Below are positions 17,739-31,359 of a stretch of 64,000 nucleotides of DNA, one piece after another (the stretch's first letter is position 1; each line of letters begins with the position of its first letter). The translations under genes and the position numbers were made by a program. Source of the stretch: Acidimicrobiia bacterium (GTDB taxonomy: Bacteria; Actinomycetota; Acidimicrobiia; Spongiisociales; ZC4RG35); the NCBI GenBank assembly GCA_035512955.1, contig DATKCZ010000027.1, positions 40,949 to 104,948 of the forward strand, read 5' to 3'. The notes beneath the pieces were generated by a model, which was given only the letters and a program-made list of their open reading frames with translations, made no database searches and was not told the DNA's origin.

Positions 17739-18815
17739 ATGCAAAAACGGCCTTCGCACGACGGTTCGAGCCTGGTCAACCTGGTCTCCGAGCTCGAGCG
17801 GCGCATGATCGGCGGCTCCCCTTCGCCGGGGATGGCCGATCGATCGGCGATCCCCGACGGCGCCACTCTCGTGCTGGTGCTCTTCGATGGGTTGGGAATG
17901 GCCCAGCTCGCCCATCCCGGGGCGGAGGTGTTCCGCTCCTCACTCGCTGCGGTGCTCAATGCCCCCTTTCCCTCGACCACGTCGGTCTCATTGTCGACGG
18001 TGGCCACCGCGCTCCCCCCGTCCCGCCACGGCCAGGTGGCTCATTTGAGCTGGTATCCCGACCTCGGCGAGGTGGTGAACACCCTCAAGTGGGTGACCGT
18101 GAACGGAAACCCGGTGAGTTACGACTACGGATCGCTCCTCCCCCGGCCCAATCTCTGGGAGCGGCTTCGCGCCGCCGGTGTCGAGCCGATCACCGTCCAA
18201 CCCGCCGATTTCCAGACCACTCCGTTGACACGGGTGCTCTACCGGGGGGCGCGCTTCGAAGGGGCCTGGGACACAGCCGACCTGGTGGAGGCCACGGTGA
18301 GCCTGGCGGCGCAGCCGGGAAGGCTCGTCTTCACCTATGTGCCCTTCGTCGACGTGGCAGGGCACATGTTCGGCCAGGGCTCAGACGAGTTCACCGAGGC
18401 GATCAAGGCCGCCGCCGGGGTGTGGGAGGGCATCGCCGGGCGTCTGCCCCCCGGGGCGGCGCTGCTGGGGACCGCCGACCACGGTCTCATCGAGGTCTCC
18501 GAAGACGACAAGATCCTGGTGCGAGACCCCCGCTTCGACTCACTGCGCTTCGCCGGGGACACCAGGGGCGTCCATCTCTGGGGCGACCCCGGGCTGATAT
18601 CCGAACTGGCGGCGTCGGTGGAGGGTGAGTTGGTCGATCCCGCTCTCCTTTTCGGCCCGGACCCCACCGAGGAGACGTTGGGCCACCTCGGCCAGCGGAT
18701 TCTGCTGGCCCCGCCCGGCAAGGCGGTGATCCCCAGGGGTTTCGACAAGCGTCTCCGCTGCTATCACGGCGGTCTCATGCTCGAGGAATTGGAGGTCCCC
18801 CTCCTGGTGGGGTGA
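17739..18815 (+). CDS. Alkaline phosphatase superfamily nucleotide pyrophosphatase/phosphodiesterase
   Basis: LVLFDGLG, PSTT, VDVAGH, TADHG and HGGL metal-site motifs. ATG 17739 lies 7 nt after TAGCCT. Confidence 0.85.
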   Translation: MQKRPSHDGSSLVNLVSELERRMIGGSPSPGMADRSAIPDGATLVLVLFDGLGMAQLAHPGAEVFRSSLAAVLNAPFPSTTSVSLSTVATALPPSRHGQVAHLSWYPDLGEVVNTLKWVTVNGNPVSYDYGSLLPRPNLWERLRAAGVEPITVQPADFQTTPLTRVLYRGARFEGAWDTADLVEATVSLAAQPGRLVFTYVPFVDVAGHMFGQGSDEFTEAIKAAAGVWEGIAGRLPPGAALLGTADHGLIEVSEDDKILVRDPRFDSLRFAGDTRGVHLWGDPGLISELAASVEGELVDPALLFGPDPTEETLGHLGQRILLAPPGKAVIPRGFDKRLRCYHGGLMLEELEVPLLVG

Positions 18816-18943
18816 GCTCCTCGTCCCGGGCTGCGGCAGACGTTCCGATGCCGGGTCACGGGCATTCGACCCCTTGGTTGAGGGGTGAGGAAGCCACCTG
18901 CCTAGACTCGGCCGCCCCCCGGCCATCGAGTGAGTGGGTCTCG

Positions 18944-20914
18944 ATGGCCGTCTTCGTTGACAGGAGTTCAGACTTGAGTCCCGAAACGGTGCGGTCCCAT
19001 CTGGGGCGTCTCGCCGCCAACTACCGCTGGACCTGGTGCTCTTCCACGCGGGCTCTATTCGACCGCCTGCCCCACGCCGGGGATGGCCTGCATCCTGTCG
19101 AGACCGTCGCCGCGCTCAGCCGGGCCGACCTCGAGGACCTCGCCCGGGATAACCAGCTCGCCGGCTCGCTGGACGAGGAGATCAGGGGTCTCGAGTCGTG
19201 TCTCGAGTTTCCTCAGAACCCACGAATCGCCTACTGCTCACCGGAGTTCGGGCTGAGCTCGCTCCTCCCCCAATACGCGGGCGGGCTCGGGGTCCTGGCG
19301 GGAGACCACCTCAAGAGCGCAAGCGATCTGGGCGTCCCCCTGGCCGGAGTTGGTCTCTTCTATCGCGAGGGGGTCTTCCGCCAGGTCATCGAGAGCGGCG
19401 AGCAGACCGAGAGATATGACCGGACCGATCCCGAGAGGGTGGGAGCCAACGATACGGGGGTGATGGTCTCGATACCCTTCCCCGGTCGGAAGGTCCATGC
19501 CCGGGTCTGGCGCATCGATGTCGGCCGGGTTCCGCTGCTGGTCCTCGACACAGATGTCGACGAGAACACTGCAGATGACCGCAAAATTACCGATCGCCTC
19601 TACTCCGGGTCGCCATTGCACCGGCTCGAACAGGAGATGGTGCTCGGCGTCGGTAGCGCCCGGGCTCTCGCCTCGATCGGCTGGGACATCGAGTTGCATC
19701 ACCTCAACGAGGGCCATGCCGGGTTCATCGTCCTCGAGCTGCTCGACCGCGTGATCGGTGACGTCGGCTTCGAGCGGGCGAGGGAGACCGTCAAGAACGG
19801 CTTGGTTTTCACCACCCACACCCCGGTCCCCGCGGGTATCGACCGGTTCGAGGAGGACACCATCGGGCCCTATCTGCAACCGTGGGCGGAGAGCTGGAAC
19901 ATCGCCCTCGGACCGCTCATGGAGCTCGGAGAGGATCCGGTGCACCGTGGGACGTTCAACATGGCGGCGCTGTGCCTGCGCAGCTCGCGCACGGCCAACG
20001 GGGTTTCCGAGTTGCACGGTGCGGTCAGCCGCAAGCTCTTCGCCGGGGTGGGCCTCGGGGACGACATCGGCCATGTCACCAACGGCGTGCACGCCCGGAC
20101 GTGGACCGCAACCCACACCCAGGACATCTTCGACGCCGCCCTCGGCCGGGGATGGGCCGTGGGTGAGGCCGAGGCGTGGCAGAAGGTGACCGCGATCGAC
20201 GACGACCTCCTGTCCGCGACCCGGCAACGATCCTCGCGGATCCTGGCCGACCTGGTCCGCGCCAGGACGGGTGAGGACCTCGACCCCGAGGCGTTGATCG
20301 TCGGCTTCGCCCGCAGGTTCGCTCCCTACAAGAGGGCATCTCTCCTGCTGCGTCAGCCGGAGATGCTCGAAGAGCTCCTCGCCGACGACAACAGAGCGGT
20401 GCACTTCGTGTTCGCCGGCAAGGCCCACCCCTCCGACGCCGCCGGGAAGGGGCTGGTGGCCGAATTGGTCCAGGCGACCTCCGGCGGGCTGGTCAACGGG
20501 CGGGTCACCTTCATCCCCGACTACGAGATGGAGATCGCTCATGCCATGGTCCAGGGTGCCGACATCTGGCTGAACAACCCGATCAGACCGAGAGAGGCGT
20601 CCGGCACGAGCGGGGAGAAGGCCGTCCTCAACGGCTCGCTGAACTGCTCGGTGCTCGACGGGTGGTGGGCGGAGATGTACGACGGGGAGAACGGCTGGGA
20701 GATCGCTGTCAGTGACTCCCCCGACCCCGACCAGCGGGACCGTGAGGAGTCCTCCTGCATGCTTCGGACCATCGGGGACATCGCCAACGAGTACCACGCC
20801 GCACACCCCATGTTCTTGGGCCGAATCCGGCACGCCTGGGCGACCTTGGGGCCGCAGGTCACCGCGGCGCGCATGCTCCGCGACTACCAGGACCGTGTCT
20901 ACCGCCTGAGCTGA
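18944..20914 (+). CDS. glgP: Alpha-glucan (glycogen) phosphorylase
   Basis: Reads on the PLUS strand (track label is wrong): 18812 GTG AGC TCC..., stop TGA 20912-20914. YAGGLGVLAGDHLKSASD, HLNEGH, FARRFAPYKR and EASGTSGEKAVLNG (PLP Lys) motifs. In-frame GTG 18812 is an alternative start. Confidence 0.95.
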   Translation: MAVFVDRSSDLSPETVRSHLGRLAANYRWTWCSSTRALFDRLPHAGDGLHPVETVAALSRADLEDLARDNQLAGSLDEEIRGLESCLEFPQNPRIAYCSPEFGLSSLLPQYAGGLGVLAGDHLKSASDLGVPLAGVGLFYREGVFRQVIESGEQTERYDRTDPERVGANDTGVMVSIPFPGRKVHARVWRIDVGRVPLLVLDTDVDENTADDRKITDRLYSGSPLHRLEQEMVLGVGSARALASIGWDIELHHLNEGHAGFIVLELLDRVIGDVGFERARETVKNGLVFTTHTPVPAGIDRFEEDTIGPYLQPWAESWNIALGPLMELGEDPVHRGTFNMAALCLRSSRTANGVSELHGAVSRKLFAGVGLGDDIGHVTNGVHARTWTATHTQDIFDAALGRGWAVGEAEAWQKVTAIDDDLLSATRQRSSRILADLVRARTGEDLDPEALIVGFARRFAPYKRASLLLRQPEMLEELLADDNRAVHFVFAGKAHPSDAAGKGLVAELVQATSGGLVNGRVTFIPDYEMEIAHAMVQGADIWLNNPIRPREASGTSGEKAVLNGSLNCSVLDGWWAEMYDGENGWEIAVSDSPDPDQRDREESSCMLRTIGDIANEYHAAHPMFLGRIRHAWATLGPQVTAARMLRDYQDRVYRLS

Positions 20915-20919
20915 CCGTA

Positions 20920-23900
20920 TCAACCGAGGACACTGATTATCCCGTGGATCGGGATGTTGATCCAGTCGGGCCGGTTGTTCACCTCATACTCGAGCTCGTA
21001 GGCCGCCTTCTCGATGATCAGGGCGTCGAGCAGGCGGCGGACGTGAACCGGATCGGCCGGCACGATCGAGGAGCCTGCCACCGTCTCCAGATAACCGCGA
21101 AGAAAGGACGCTGACAGCCAGGCATGGATGGCGTTGGCCCAGCCGACAAGGACGGCATATGTCTCGGCATCGATCCCGGCCTCCGCCACCTGGTGGAGAG
21201 CCATGACGATGGCGTAGTGATAGGACCGAATCATCCCGGCGACGTCGCGAAGGCCGAGTCTCCGCAGCCGTCGCTGGGAGAGCGGGCGCTGCGGCTCTCC
21301 CTCGAAGTCGATGATGTAGAAGTCGTTACCGGTGAACAAGACCTGTCCGAGGTGATAGTCACCGTGGATGCGAATCCGATCGCACTCGATCCGCTCCGAC
21401 GTGATCTCCTTGAGACGCTCGAGAATCGCCTCTTCCGCGGCCACCGCGGCATCGATCAAATCCGCATCCTCGGGTCTGAGATGGGAGCGCCGCCGACGCA
21501 GCAGAGCCATGCTCGTGCGCACCGCGGAGCGGATCGCCTGATACGTGGAGCGCTGCCGGAGCGTTGAGAGCCGTTCCGGAGCGAACGCCGGATCGACCGG
21601 GTCCGAGGCAAGGGTCAGATGCATCTCACCGGTCCGCTGACCGAGAAGGACCGCCTCGGAGAGATAAGCGCCCATGACCTCTCGGGCCCCGTCCAACTCG
21701 CTGTCGGCGACCTCCAGAGGATGCCGGACCCGAGGTGGCGGCCCCATCGGGGATGCGAGGATGGTCTCCAAAGTCAGCACGGCGCCATCAAAGGTGTGAT
21801 CGAAGAGGTTCTGTTGGCTTGCCACGAAGTCTTGGAGGAACACGATCGCCGATTGCTCACCCCGCACCTCCGCCATGATCAGCCCGGCCGCCCTCGGCGT
21901 GTTGCTGAAGCCCCGGCGTTCTGTGAGGAACCGGCTCAACTCGACCTCGGGATTGGGGCCCGGCTCGATCTTGCGAAACAGCTTCATCATCAACTCGTCC
22001 CCGAAGAACACCGAGGTGTTCGTCTGCTCGGCGTCGGCCATTCGCACCTGGACCTCCCCCACCAGCCTGCGCAGACGACCCGACCCCTCCAGCCCCACCG
22101 GGAGCAGGCTGACGTGACGCCCCCGGATCTTGCGGCGACCTGCGGCCAACCGGAGGAGCTCGTGGGCGAGTGCCGGCAGATACATGGCGTCATAGAGGAG
22201 GGCGCCCTCGTCGGCGCCGCTCACCTCGGCAACGACCAGATCGGGCCGCTCGGTCATCACACGCTCGGCGTCAGGGCCGGCAGCCAGGGCGAGTGGCATC
22301 ACATAGGTCTCAGAGTCGGCGTCGAGATAGTCGAGTCTCAAAAAGGCCAGTCTCGCCCCTGAAGCCGGCATCTCGACGAGATCGACGATCTCACTCTCCC
22401 TGAACGTGCGCGCCTTGCTCCGGAACCATCTGCGCCTGGCGATGTCGTCGACCAGCGCCCGTTGCAGCTGCGCCCTGGCCCGCCATACTGATTCGAGCTC
22501 TCCTGTCCGCAGGACGATGCGGGGTCGGCTCTCGGGTAGCAGCTCTCGCGGGGGAGTTAGGGATAGCCAATAGATGTCGTGTGCGCCCACCGTCAGGAAA
22601 TAGCTGCCCTCACCGATGGGAGGGAAGGGGGCCCGACCCAACACCTCGATCGGCTGCAGCCCGGCGAAACCCTCCAGCTCCAACACCACGGGCTGGACAT
22701 GGCGGGACAGGTTGGCAACGGCGAGGACCGCCCGGTCGTCGAGACGACGCAGGAAGGTGAGAACCTTCGGATTGTCACTCGGGACGATCTCGAAGTCGCC
22801 TCTCGACAGCTCGGGAAGGCTCTTGCGCAAGGCAAGGGCCCGCTTCATCCACCACCAGAGCGAGTTGGGGTTCTCCCGTTGGACCTCGACGTTGATCGAC
22901 TCATAGTGGTATTGCGGGTCGGTGATCACCGGGAAGTAGAGGCTCTGTGGATTGGCCTCGGAGAATCCCGCGTTGCGGTCAGAGGACCACTGCATCGGGG
23001 TCCTCACCCCGTCGCGGTCCCCCAGGTAGATGTTGTCACCCATCCCGATCTCGTCCCCGTAGTAGATGACCGGAGTCCCGGGAAGAGACAGGAGGAGCCC
23101 GTTGAGGAGCTCGATCTCACGTCGGTTGTTGCCGAGCAAGGGAGCGAGACGACGTCTGATGCCTCCATTGATCCTCATCCGGGGGTCGTCTGCGTAGGCC
23201 CGGTGCATGTAGTCACGCTCTTCGTCGGTGACCATCTCGAGGGTGAGCTCATCGTGATTGCGCAGAAAGATGGCCCACGCAGCCGACTCGGGTATCTCGG
23301 GTGTCTGTTCGAGGATGTCGATGATCGGGAACCGGTTCTCCATGCGCAGTGACATGAACAGCCGCGGCATCAGGGGAAAGTGGAACGACATGTGGCACTC
23401 GTCGCCGTCACCGAAATAGGCGGCCGCGTCCTCCGGCCATTGGTTGGCCTCGGCGATGAACAGCCTCCCTTCGTGCAGCTCGTCCATGCGGGCACGAAGA
23501 TTCTTCAAGAACTCATGGGTCTTGGGGAGGTTCTCACACATCGTGCCTTCCTCCTCATAGAGATAGGGGACGGCGTCGAGTCGAAGACCGTCCACCCCCA
23601 TGCCGAGCCAGAAGTCGAGGACGTCGAACACCGCCTCGTGCACTGCTGGATTCTCGAAGTTGAGATCGGGCTGATGGGAGAAGAACCGATGCCAGTAGTA
23701 CGCCCCCGCCTTGGGGTCCCAGCTCCAGTTGGAGGTCTCGGTGTCCTGGAAGATGATCCGCGCTTCGGGGTAGAGGTCGGGGGTGTCCGACCAGACATAG
23801 AAGTCGCGCTCGACCGTGCCCTCCCCGGCGTTGCGCGCCCGCCGGAACCAGGGGTGCTGGTCTGAGGTGTGATTGATGACCAACTCGGTGATCACCCTCA

Positions 23901-24175
23901 TGTCCCGGCGATGGGCCTCGCGCAACAACCGCTTGAAGTCCCCCATGGTGCCGTACGAGGGGTTGATCGACGTGTAGTCGGCGATGTCATAGCCGTCGTC
24001 CCGCAACGGAGAGGGGTAGAAGGGGAGCAACCACAGCGCGGTCACGCCCAGATCTCTCAGGTAGTCCAGCTTCGATATCAGGCCCCTGAGATCCCCGATC
24101 CCATCAGCGTTGTCGTCGCGAAATGCCCGCACATGGGCTTCGTAGATGATGGCGTCCCGGTACCAATCACCTCGT

Positions 24176-24198
<23 letters not shown>
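20920..24198 (-). CDS. treS: Trehalose synthase-maltokinase fusion (TreS-Mak/Pep2)
   Basis: GH13 TreS motifs (DGLRLDAVPY, IAEANQW, FLRNHDELTLEMV) followed by a kinase domain (EQTNTS, RIHGDYHLGQVL, IIDFEGEP). Confidence 0.95.
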
Positions 24199-26161
<1,963 letters not shown>

Positions 26162-26172
26162 CCGGGCCGAAT

Positions 26173-27780
26173 CTAGCCAGACGGTTTCTGACCGCCGGTG
26201 GCGACGCCCCGATGACGGCCCATGTACGGGGTCACTGAGCGTGCGTAGACATCCCGCCCCGTCATACCGTCGACATTGGAGGATGCCAGGCCGAGGATCT
26301 CGAGGAAACCGGGCTCGAGGTCCTTTTCCAGCGTCCCCCGAGCCAGATCGATGACCCTTCCGGCGTGACGCAGGACGAACACCGACTCGAGACCGGAGAT
26401 GTCGTCGAAGAACCAGCCGCACGAGGTGTACATCAGCATGGCGCGATGCTGGATCTCGAGCAGGTTCACAGCCATCTCCCGTTGATCATCGGTGAGTCCC
26501 CGTCTCCCGTGCTCATCGAGAAACGAATCGGTCGAGCGTCCCAGCATCACCTCGATGTAGTGATCACGGGCGTCCCATGGATCGACCAGAGCCGTAGCCC
26601 CGAGCGATTCGAAGTCACGGACCAGGGAGTCGCGCAGGAAGTTGAGGGCGTCGCGGAGATGGGCGCGCCACTGCTGATCCCACTCCGGATGCCGGCCGGT
26701 GGAACAACCGCAGTCGCCACGCCACCTATCGACACCGTGCGCACAGCTCCAGGAGGTCCCCTCGATGATCCGTACCACCCGCGTAGGGGGATGGTTGGCC
26801 AGGAAGACGCCGTAGCTGGTCAACTCGACCCCGGGGTCGGCGTCGAGGTCCTCGATCGCCTTGGCCAGCGCCATCTCCCCATGCCGGTGATGGTGCCCGT
26901 AGGTCTCGCCGTCGGTGGCCACGTGGGAGAGCCGGGCTTCGACCCCCGGCTCTCCGAGCGCCTGCACCAACCTCTTGGCCAGGATCGAGCCGTCCTCGAG
27001 GATGCCGTTGAAGGCGATCTCTTGGGAGAGGGGGCCGTTGTAGAAGAAGACACTGATGCTGCGACCGCCAAATAGCTGGACGGTATGGGGCACGGTGGTG
27101 TCGATCCCGCCCTCGCTCACATCGGCCCACCCGCCCTGGTCGAGCACCGAGTCTGCCTGATACGGCGAGAGGATGGTGTACCCGATCCCCGCCTCGGCCA
27201 ACAGCTCGAGACTCTCGAGGTCGACCGCGGTCTCGGGCAGCCACATGCCCTCAGGGTGACGGCCGAACCGGTGCTCGAAGTCGGCGATCCCCCAGATGAT
27301 CTGGGTCCTCTTGTCACGACGATTGGACAGCGGGAGGATGGTGTGGTTGTAGGTGTGGCCCACCGCAGTCCCGTGACCGTCGAACCTCTCCATCGATGCG
27401 CGGTCCGCTTCCACGATGCTGCCGTAGGTGTCCGGATGATGCTTCTCCAGCCAATCGAGGAGGGTCGGGCCCCAGTCCGAGCTCACCCACTCGTAGTTGT
27501 TGACGCGCCTGCGAACCGAACCGTCCTCACCCAGGATCTCGGCCTTGGTGTTCGGCTCGTAGCACTCGGCGGTGATCCTCTCGTTCCAGTTTGGGAACGG
27601 CCCGGCCGAGGTCTGGTCGTCCACCACCCCGGTGAAGGGGTTCTCCCGGGGGGGCTGATACCAGTGGCCATGGATGCAGACATAGCTCTTATGGCTCAAT
27701 GCGTGCCCCAAAATAGGCCTGGCCGGGGCGTTACCACCGGCACTCTGCGGCTCGATATCGCCCGCGCCGCTGCGGGTCAC
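26173..27780 (-). CDS. GH57 glycoside hydrolase (DUF3536-type)
   Basis: [24 protein letters not shown] (nucleophile Glu), [10 protein letters not shown] (acid/base Asp), [10 protein letters not shown] motifs. Confidence 0.9.
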   Translation of the reverse strand: MTRSGAGDIEPQSAGGNAPARPILGHALSHKSYVCIHGHWYQPPRENPFTGVVDDQTSAGPFPNWNERITAECYEPNTKAEILGEDGSVRRRVNNYEWVSSDWGPTLLDWLEKHHPDTYGSIVEADRASMERFDGHGTAVGHTYNHTILPLSNRRDKRTQIIWGIADFEHRFGRHPEGMWLPETAVDLESLELLAEAGIGYTILSPYQADSVLDQGGWADVSEGGIDTTVPHTVQLFGGRSISVFFYNGPLSQEIAFNGILEDGSILAKRLVQALGEPGVEARLSHVATDGETYGHHHRHGEMALAKAIEDLDADPGVELTSYGVFLANHPPTRVVRIIEGTSWSCAHGVDRWRGDCGCSTGRHPEWDQQWRAHLRDALNFLRDSLVRDFESLGATALVDPWDARDHYIEVMLGRSTDSFLDEHGRRGLTDDQREMAVNLLEIQHRAMLMYTSCGWFFDDISGLESVFVLRHAGRVIDLARGTLEKDLEPGFLEILGLASSNVDGMTGRDVYARSVTPYMGRHRGVATGGQKPSG

Positions 27781-29696
27781 TCCACCTTGGCCGCCGATTC
27801 ACCCACAGCCAGATGCTGGAGCACGATGGTGGCGAGAGGGGGAAGGGTGAGGTCGATCGACTCCGGTCGGCCCCGGCTGGGGACGGACAAGGGACCAGTC
27901 TCCACGCCACCGAGGTTGCCTTGGCCGGAGCCGCCATACAGGGCGGAGTCGCTGTTGAGCAACTCCAACCAGCGGCCGGGACGGGGCACACCCACCCGAT
28001 AGCCGTCCCGGGGGACAGGGGTCAGGTTGTGCACCACGAGGAGGGTTCCCCCATCAGGCGCATGGCGGAAGTAGGCGAGAACACTGTTCTCCGAGTCGTT
28101 GACCACCGCCCATTCGAATCCCTCGGGACGACAGTCGGTCTCATGGAGCGCCGGGTGATCACGGTAGATCCGGTTCAGGTCGCCCACGAGGCGAGCGATG
28201 CCCTGATTGGCCTGGTGTTCGGCGAGTGCCCATGCGAGCTGGGATTCATGGGCCCACTCCGAGGCCTGGGCCAGCTCAGCACCCATGAACAAGAGCTTCT
28301 TGCCTGGTTGGGTCCACATCTGGCAGAGCAACAGGCGGAGGTTGGCGAGCTGCTGCCACTCGTCGCCGGGCATCTTGGCGAGCAGCGATCCTTTGCCGTG
28401 GACCACTTCGTCATGGGACAAGGGCAGCATGAAGTTCTCCGTGAAGGCATACACCGCGCGGAAGGTGAGCTCATGGTGGTGGTGACTGCGGTGCACCGGG
28501 TCGTTGGACAGATAGGCGAGCGTGTCGTGCATCCAGCCCATGTCCCACTTGAGGCCGAAACCGAGGCCGCCCAGGAACGTGGGGCGGGAGACCATCGGCC
28601 ATGCCGTCGACTCCTCTGCGATGGTCTGGGCGTCGGGGTGGTTCAGGTAGACGGCCTCATTGAGGCGACGGAGGAACGAGATGGCCTCGAGATTCTCCCG
28701 ACCCCCGTGGATGTTGGGCGCCCACTCCCCCTCGGCTCGTGAGTAGTCGAGGTAGAGCATCGAGGCCACCGCGTCGACCCGGAGGCCGTCGATGTGGTAT
28801 CGGTCCAGCCAGAAAAGGGCGTTGCTGATGAGAAAAGCAGGCACCTCGGTCCGGCCGTAGTTGAAGATCAGCGTGTCCCAGTCGGGGTGAAAGCCCTTCT
28901 TGGGGTCGGAGTGCTCGTAGAGATGGGTCCCGTCGAAGAAAGCCAACCCGTGCTCGTCGGCGGGGAAGTGAGAAGGCACCCAGTCGAGGATGACGCCGAT
29001 CCCGGCGCGGTGACAGGAATCGATCAGTGTCATGAAGTCCTGGGGCGTCCCGTACCGCGAAGTCGGTGCGAAATAGCCCGTCACCTGATATCCCCACGAC
29101 CCATAGAAGGGATGCTCGCTCACCGGGAGAAACTCGACATGGGTGAACCCGAGGTCGGACACATACCTCGGAAGCAGATCCGCCAATTCGAGATACGTGA
29201 GATGCCGACCGTCCTCGCCGCGTCGCCACGAGCCGAGATGCGCCTCATACACGCTTATCGGACTGTCGAGGGAGTTGCGCCCCGATCGTTGGGCCATCCA
29301 TGCTTCGTCGCTCCACTCGTAGTCGAGGGCCCAAACCCTCGAACCGGTGGCGGGTGGTGTCTCATGGTGGAAACCGAACGGATCGGCCTTGTCGACTCGG
29401 AAGCCGCCATTGACGATGTGGTACTTGTAGGTCGAGCCGTGACCCGCTCCGGCGATCACCCCCTCCCAGATTCCGGACACTCCACGCGGGGTCAAGGGCT
29501 CCGAGTCGGGGTCCCAACCGTTCCAATCGCCGATCACCGACACCAGCTCGGCATTCGGCGCCCAGACCGCGAAATGAGTGCCCTCCTCGGTGGGATGCGC
29601 CCCCAGCTTGTCGTAGAGGCGAACATGGGAGCCTTCGTTCCACAGATAGAGGTCCTCCTCGGTGATCGGGGACCCGGCTCGACTCGATGACGCCAC
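27777..29696 (-). CDS. glgB: 1,4-alpha-glucan branching enzyme (short form without the extra N-terminal domain)
   Basis: [39 protein letters not shown] motifs. Confidence 0.96.
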   Translation of the reverse strand: MASSSRAGSPITEEDLYLWNEGSHVRLYDKLGAHPTEEGTHFAVWAPNAELVSVIGDWNGWDPDSEPLTPRGVSGIWEGVIAGAGHGSTYKYHIVNGGFRVDKADPFGFHHETPPATGSRVWALDYEWSDEAWMAQRSGRNSLDSPISVYEAHLGSWRRGEDGRHLTYLELADLLPRYVSDLGFTHVEFLPVSEHPFYGSWGYQVTGYFAPTSRYGTPQDFMTLIDSCHRAGIGVILDWVPSHFPADEHGLAFFDGTHLYEHSDPKKGFHPDWDTLIFNYGRTEVPAFLISNALFWLDRYHIDGLRVDAVASMLYLDYSRAEGEWAPNIHGGRENLEAISFLRRLNEAVYLNHPDAQTIAEESTAWPMVSRPTFLGGLGFGLKWDMGWMHDTLAYLSNDPVHRSHHHHELTFRAVYAFTENFMLPLSHDEVVHGKGSLLAKMPGDEWQQLANLRLLLCQMWTQPGKKLLFMGAELAQASEWAHESQLAWALAEHQANQGIARLVGDLNRIYRDHPALHETDCRPEGFEWAVVNDSENSVLAYFRHAPDGGTLLVVHNLTPVPRDGYRVGVPRPGRWLELLNSDSALYGGSGQGNLGGVETGPLSVPSRGRPESIDLTLPPLATIVLQHLAVGESAAKVE

Positions 29697-29750
29697 GTGG
29701 ACTTCCGTTTGCAGACTGTCGTCGAGGCTAACGCCGAGCGCGGTTACGAG

Positions 29751-30272
29751 TCATCCGCGGTGATCAGGGCTCCCCATCCTGGCCAGCCAGGCCTCCGCCA
29801 CCTCGAAGAAGGGCTCCCCGCGCCCGTTCAGGACCTCCACCACCCGGTCGGTCTCCTCCCTGGCCCGACGAATCATCTCATGGCGGTACCCGTAGCGGAC
29901 CTGGTGGATCTCGAACTCGTCCTCGTCCTGGACCTCGATGGCCCCATCGTGATGCACCGCGACGTCGAGATCGAGATCGATCATCTCGTATCGATTCTCC
30001 GACACCCACACCGGTGGGGTGACTATGTCGATGAAGTGTGAGTAGTTGTCCGCATACGAGCCGCTGTAGTGGAGATGCCACCACTCCCCTCTGGGAGCGC
30101 AGAAGACCGCGTCGAAACCGGTCGGCAACACATCCTCCGCCCCCTTCCACCTCTTGGAGCCGGCGGGCACCGCCATCCAGTCGCCCCACTCGTCCTCCCC
30201 GAGCCAGACCGCCTCGAATCCCCAGTGGGGGATGTCGGGGTTCTTGAGAAACTGGACCGTCACCTGGCGCAT
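29751..30272 (-). CDS. DUF402 family protein (nucleoside di/triphosphatase-like)
   Basis: EMIDLDLDV and VQDEDEF acidic motifs typical of DUF402. Confidence 0.8.
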   Translation of the reverse strand: MRQVTVQFLKNPDIPHWGFEAVWLGEDEWGDWMAVPAGSKRWKGAEDVLPTGFDAVFCAPRGEWWHLHYSGSYADNYSHFIDIVTPPVWVSENRYEMIDLDLDVAVHHDGAIEVQDEDEFEIHQVRYGYRHEMIRRAREETDRVVEVLNGRGEPFFEVAEAWLARMGSPDHRG

Positions 30273-30369
30273 GGCTCGGCCAAGTTATATCGGGAAGCAA
30301 TTTGCACTACGCCCATAGTGGTAATAACTTCTGCTGTCGTTTGGTACCTAACGATCGCGGAGGTCTCCC

Positions 30370-31356
30370 TTGAAACGCGTTGCCCCTCTCATCGCGGTGG
30401 CCGCCCTGGTCCTCGCCTCCTGCGGCTCCGATGAGGGCAGTGGGCCCCTGATCGTCTACTCGGGTCGAAGCGAGGAACTGGTCGCGCCCCTCATCGACCG
30501 ATTCTCGGAGGAATCCGGGATCGACGTCGAGGTGCGCTACGCCGGATCAACCGATCTGGCCGCCACCCTCCTCCAGGAAGGCGAGACCACCGACGCCGAC
30601 GTCTTCTATGCCCAGGACCCGGCTTCCCTGGGCTCGGTCGCCTCACTGTTGGCGGTGCTCGACCCATCGCTCCTCGAACGCGTCGAGCCGCGCTTCAGCG
30701 ATGGGGAAGGGCGATGGGTGGGAACATCGGGGCGGGTCCGGACATTCATCTACAACACCGGAACCGACATCGAGCTTCCCCAGACCATCGACAACGTGAC
30801 CGACCCCGAATGGACGGGACGGGTCGGAGTGGCGCCCACCAATGGGTCGTTCCTCGCCTTCGTCAGCGCCATGATCCTGGAGAGGGGTGAGGAGGCCACC
30901 TTGGGCTGGCTCGAGGACCTCGCCGCCAACGACCCACAGGAGTTCGACTCCAACAGCCCGATAGTGGCCGCAGCCGACACCGGAGAGGTCGCCGGCGGGT
31001 TGGTGAATCACTATTACCTGCTTCGGCTTCGGGCCGAGGGTGAAGGAGACGACGCCGAGAACTGGTTCATCCCCGCCGGTGACGTCGGGTCCCTGGTCAT
31101 GCCCGCGGGCGCCGGGATCATCGAAGGGACCGACATGCCCGAGGCGGCGAGCCGATTCGTCGAATTCCTACTGTCGGACACGAGTCAGGAGTACTTCGCC
31201 ACCGAGACATTCGAGTTCCCGCTGGTCGAAGGGGTGGAGGCCCCCCAAGGCCTCCCCGACATCGGCGAGATCGACTCCCCCGACATCGACCTGTCAGAGT
31301 TGGCCGATGTGCTGGACGACGCAACCCGTCTGGTGGCCGAGGCCGGCCTGGTCTGA
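30370..31356 (+). CDS. fbpA: Fe3+-type ABC transporter substrate-binding lipoprotein
   Basis: Lipobox LASC; YSGRSEEL, ADVFYAQD, GLVNHYY motifs of the FbpA/AfuA/FutA family. Substrate is inferred. Confidence 0.85.
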   Translation: MKRVAPLIAVAALVLASCGSDEGSGPLIVYSGRSEELVAPLIDRFSEESGIDVEVRYAGSTDLAATLLQEGETTDADVFYAQDPASLGSVASLLAVLDPSLLERVEPRFSDGEGRWVGTSGRVRTFIYNTGTDIELPQTIDNVTDPEWTGRVGVAPTNGSFLAFVSAMILERGEEATLGWLEDLAANDPQEFDSNSPIVAAADTGEVAGGLVNHYYLLRLRAEGEGDDAENWFIPAGDVGSLVMPAGAGIIEGTDMPEAASRFVEFLLSDTSQEYFATETFEFPLVEGVEAPQGLPDIGEIDSPDIDLSELADVLDDATRLVAEAGLV

Positions 31357-31359
31357 CCG

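Noticed and set aside
18812-20914. ORF track labels this 700-aa ORF as minus strand
   Set aside because: The listed protein is read from the plus strand (GTG AGC TCC at 18812; CTG AGC TGA ending 20914). It is annotated here as plus-strand glgP.
30282-30352. AAGTTAT/ATAACTT inverted repeat and GTTTGGTACCTAAC as an iron-regulator box
   Set aside because: The first pair is explained by two divergent TAACTT -10-like hexamers; the second matches neither the 19-bp IdeR/DtxR nor the Fur consensus convincingly.
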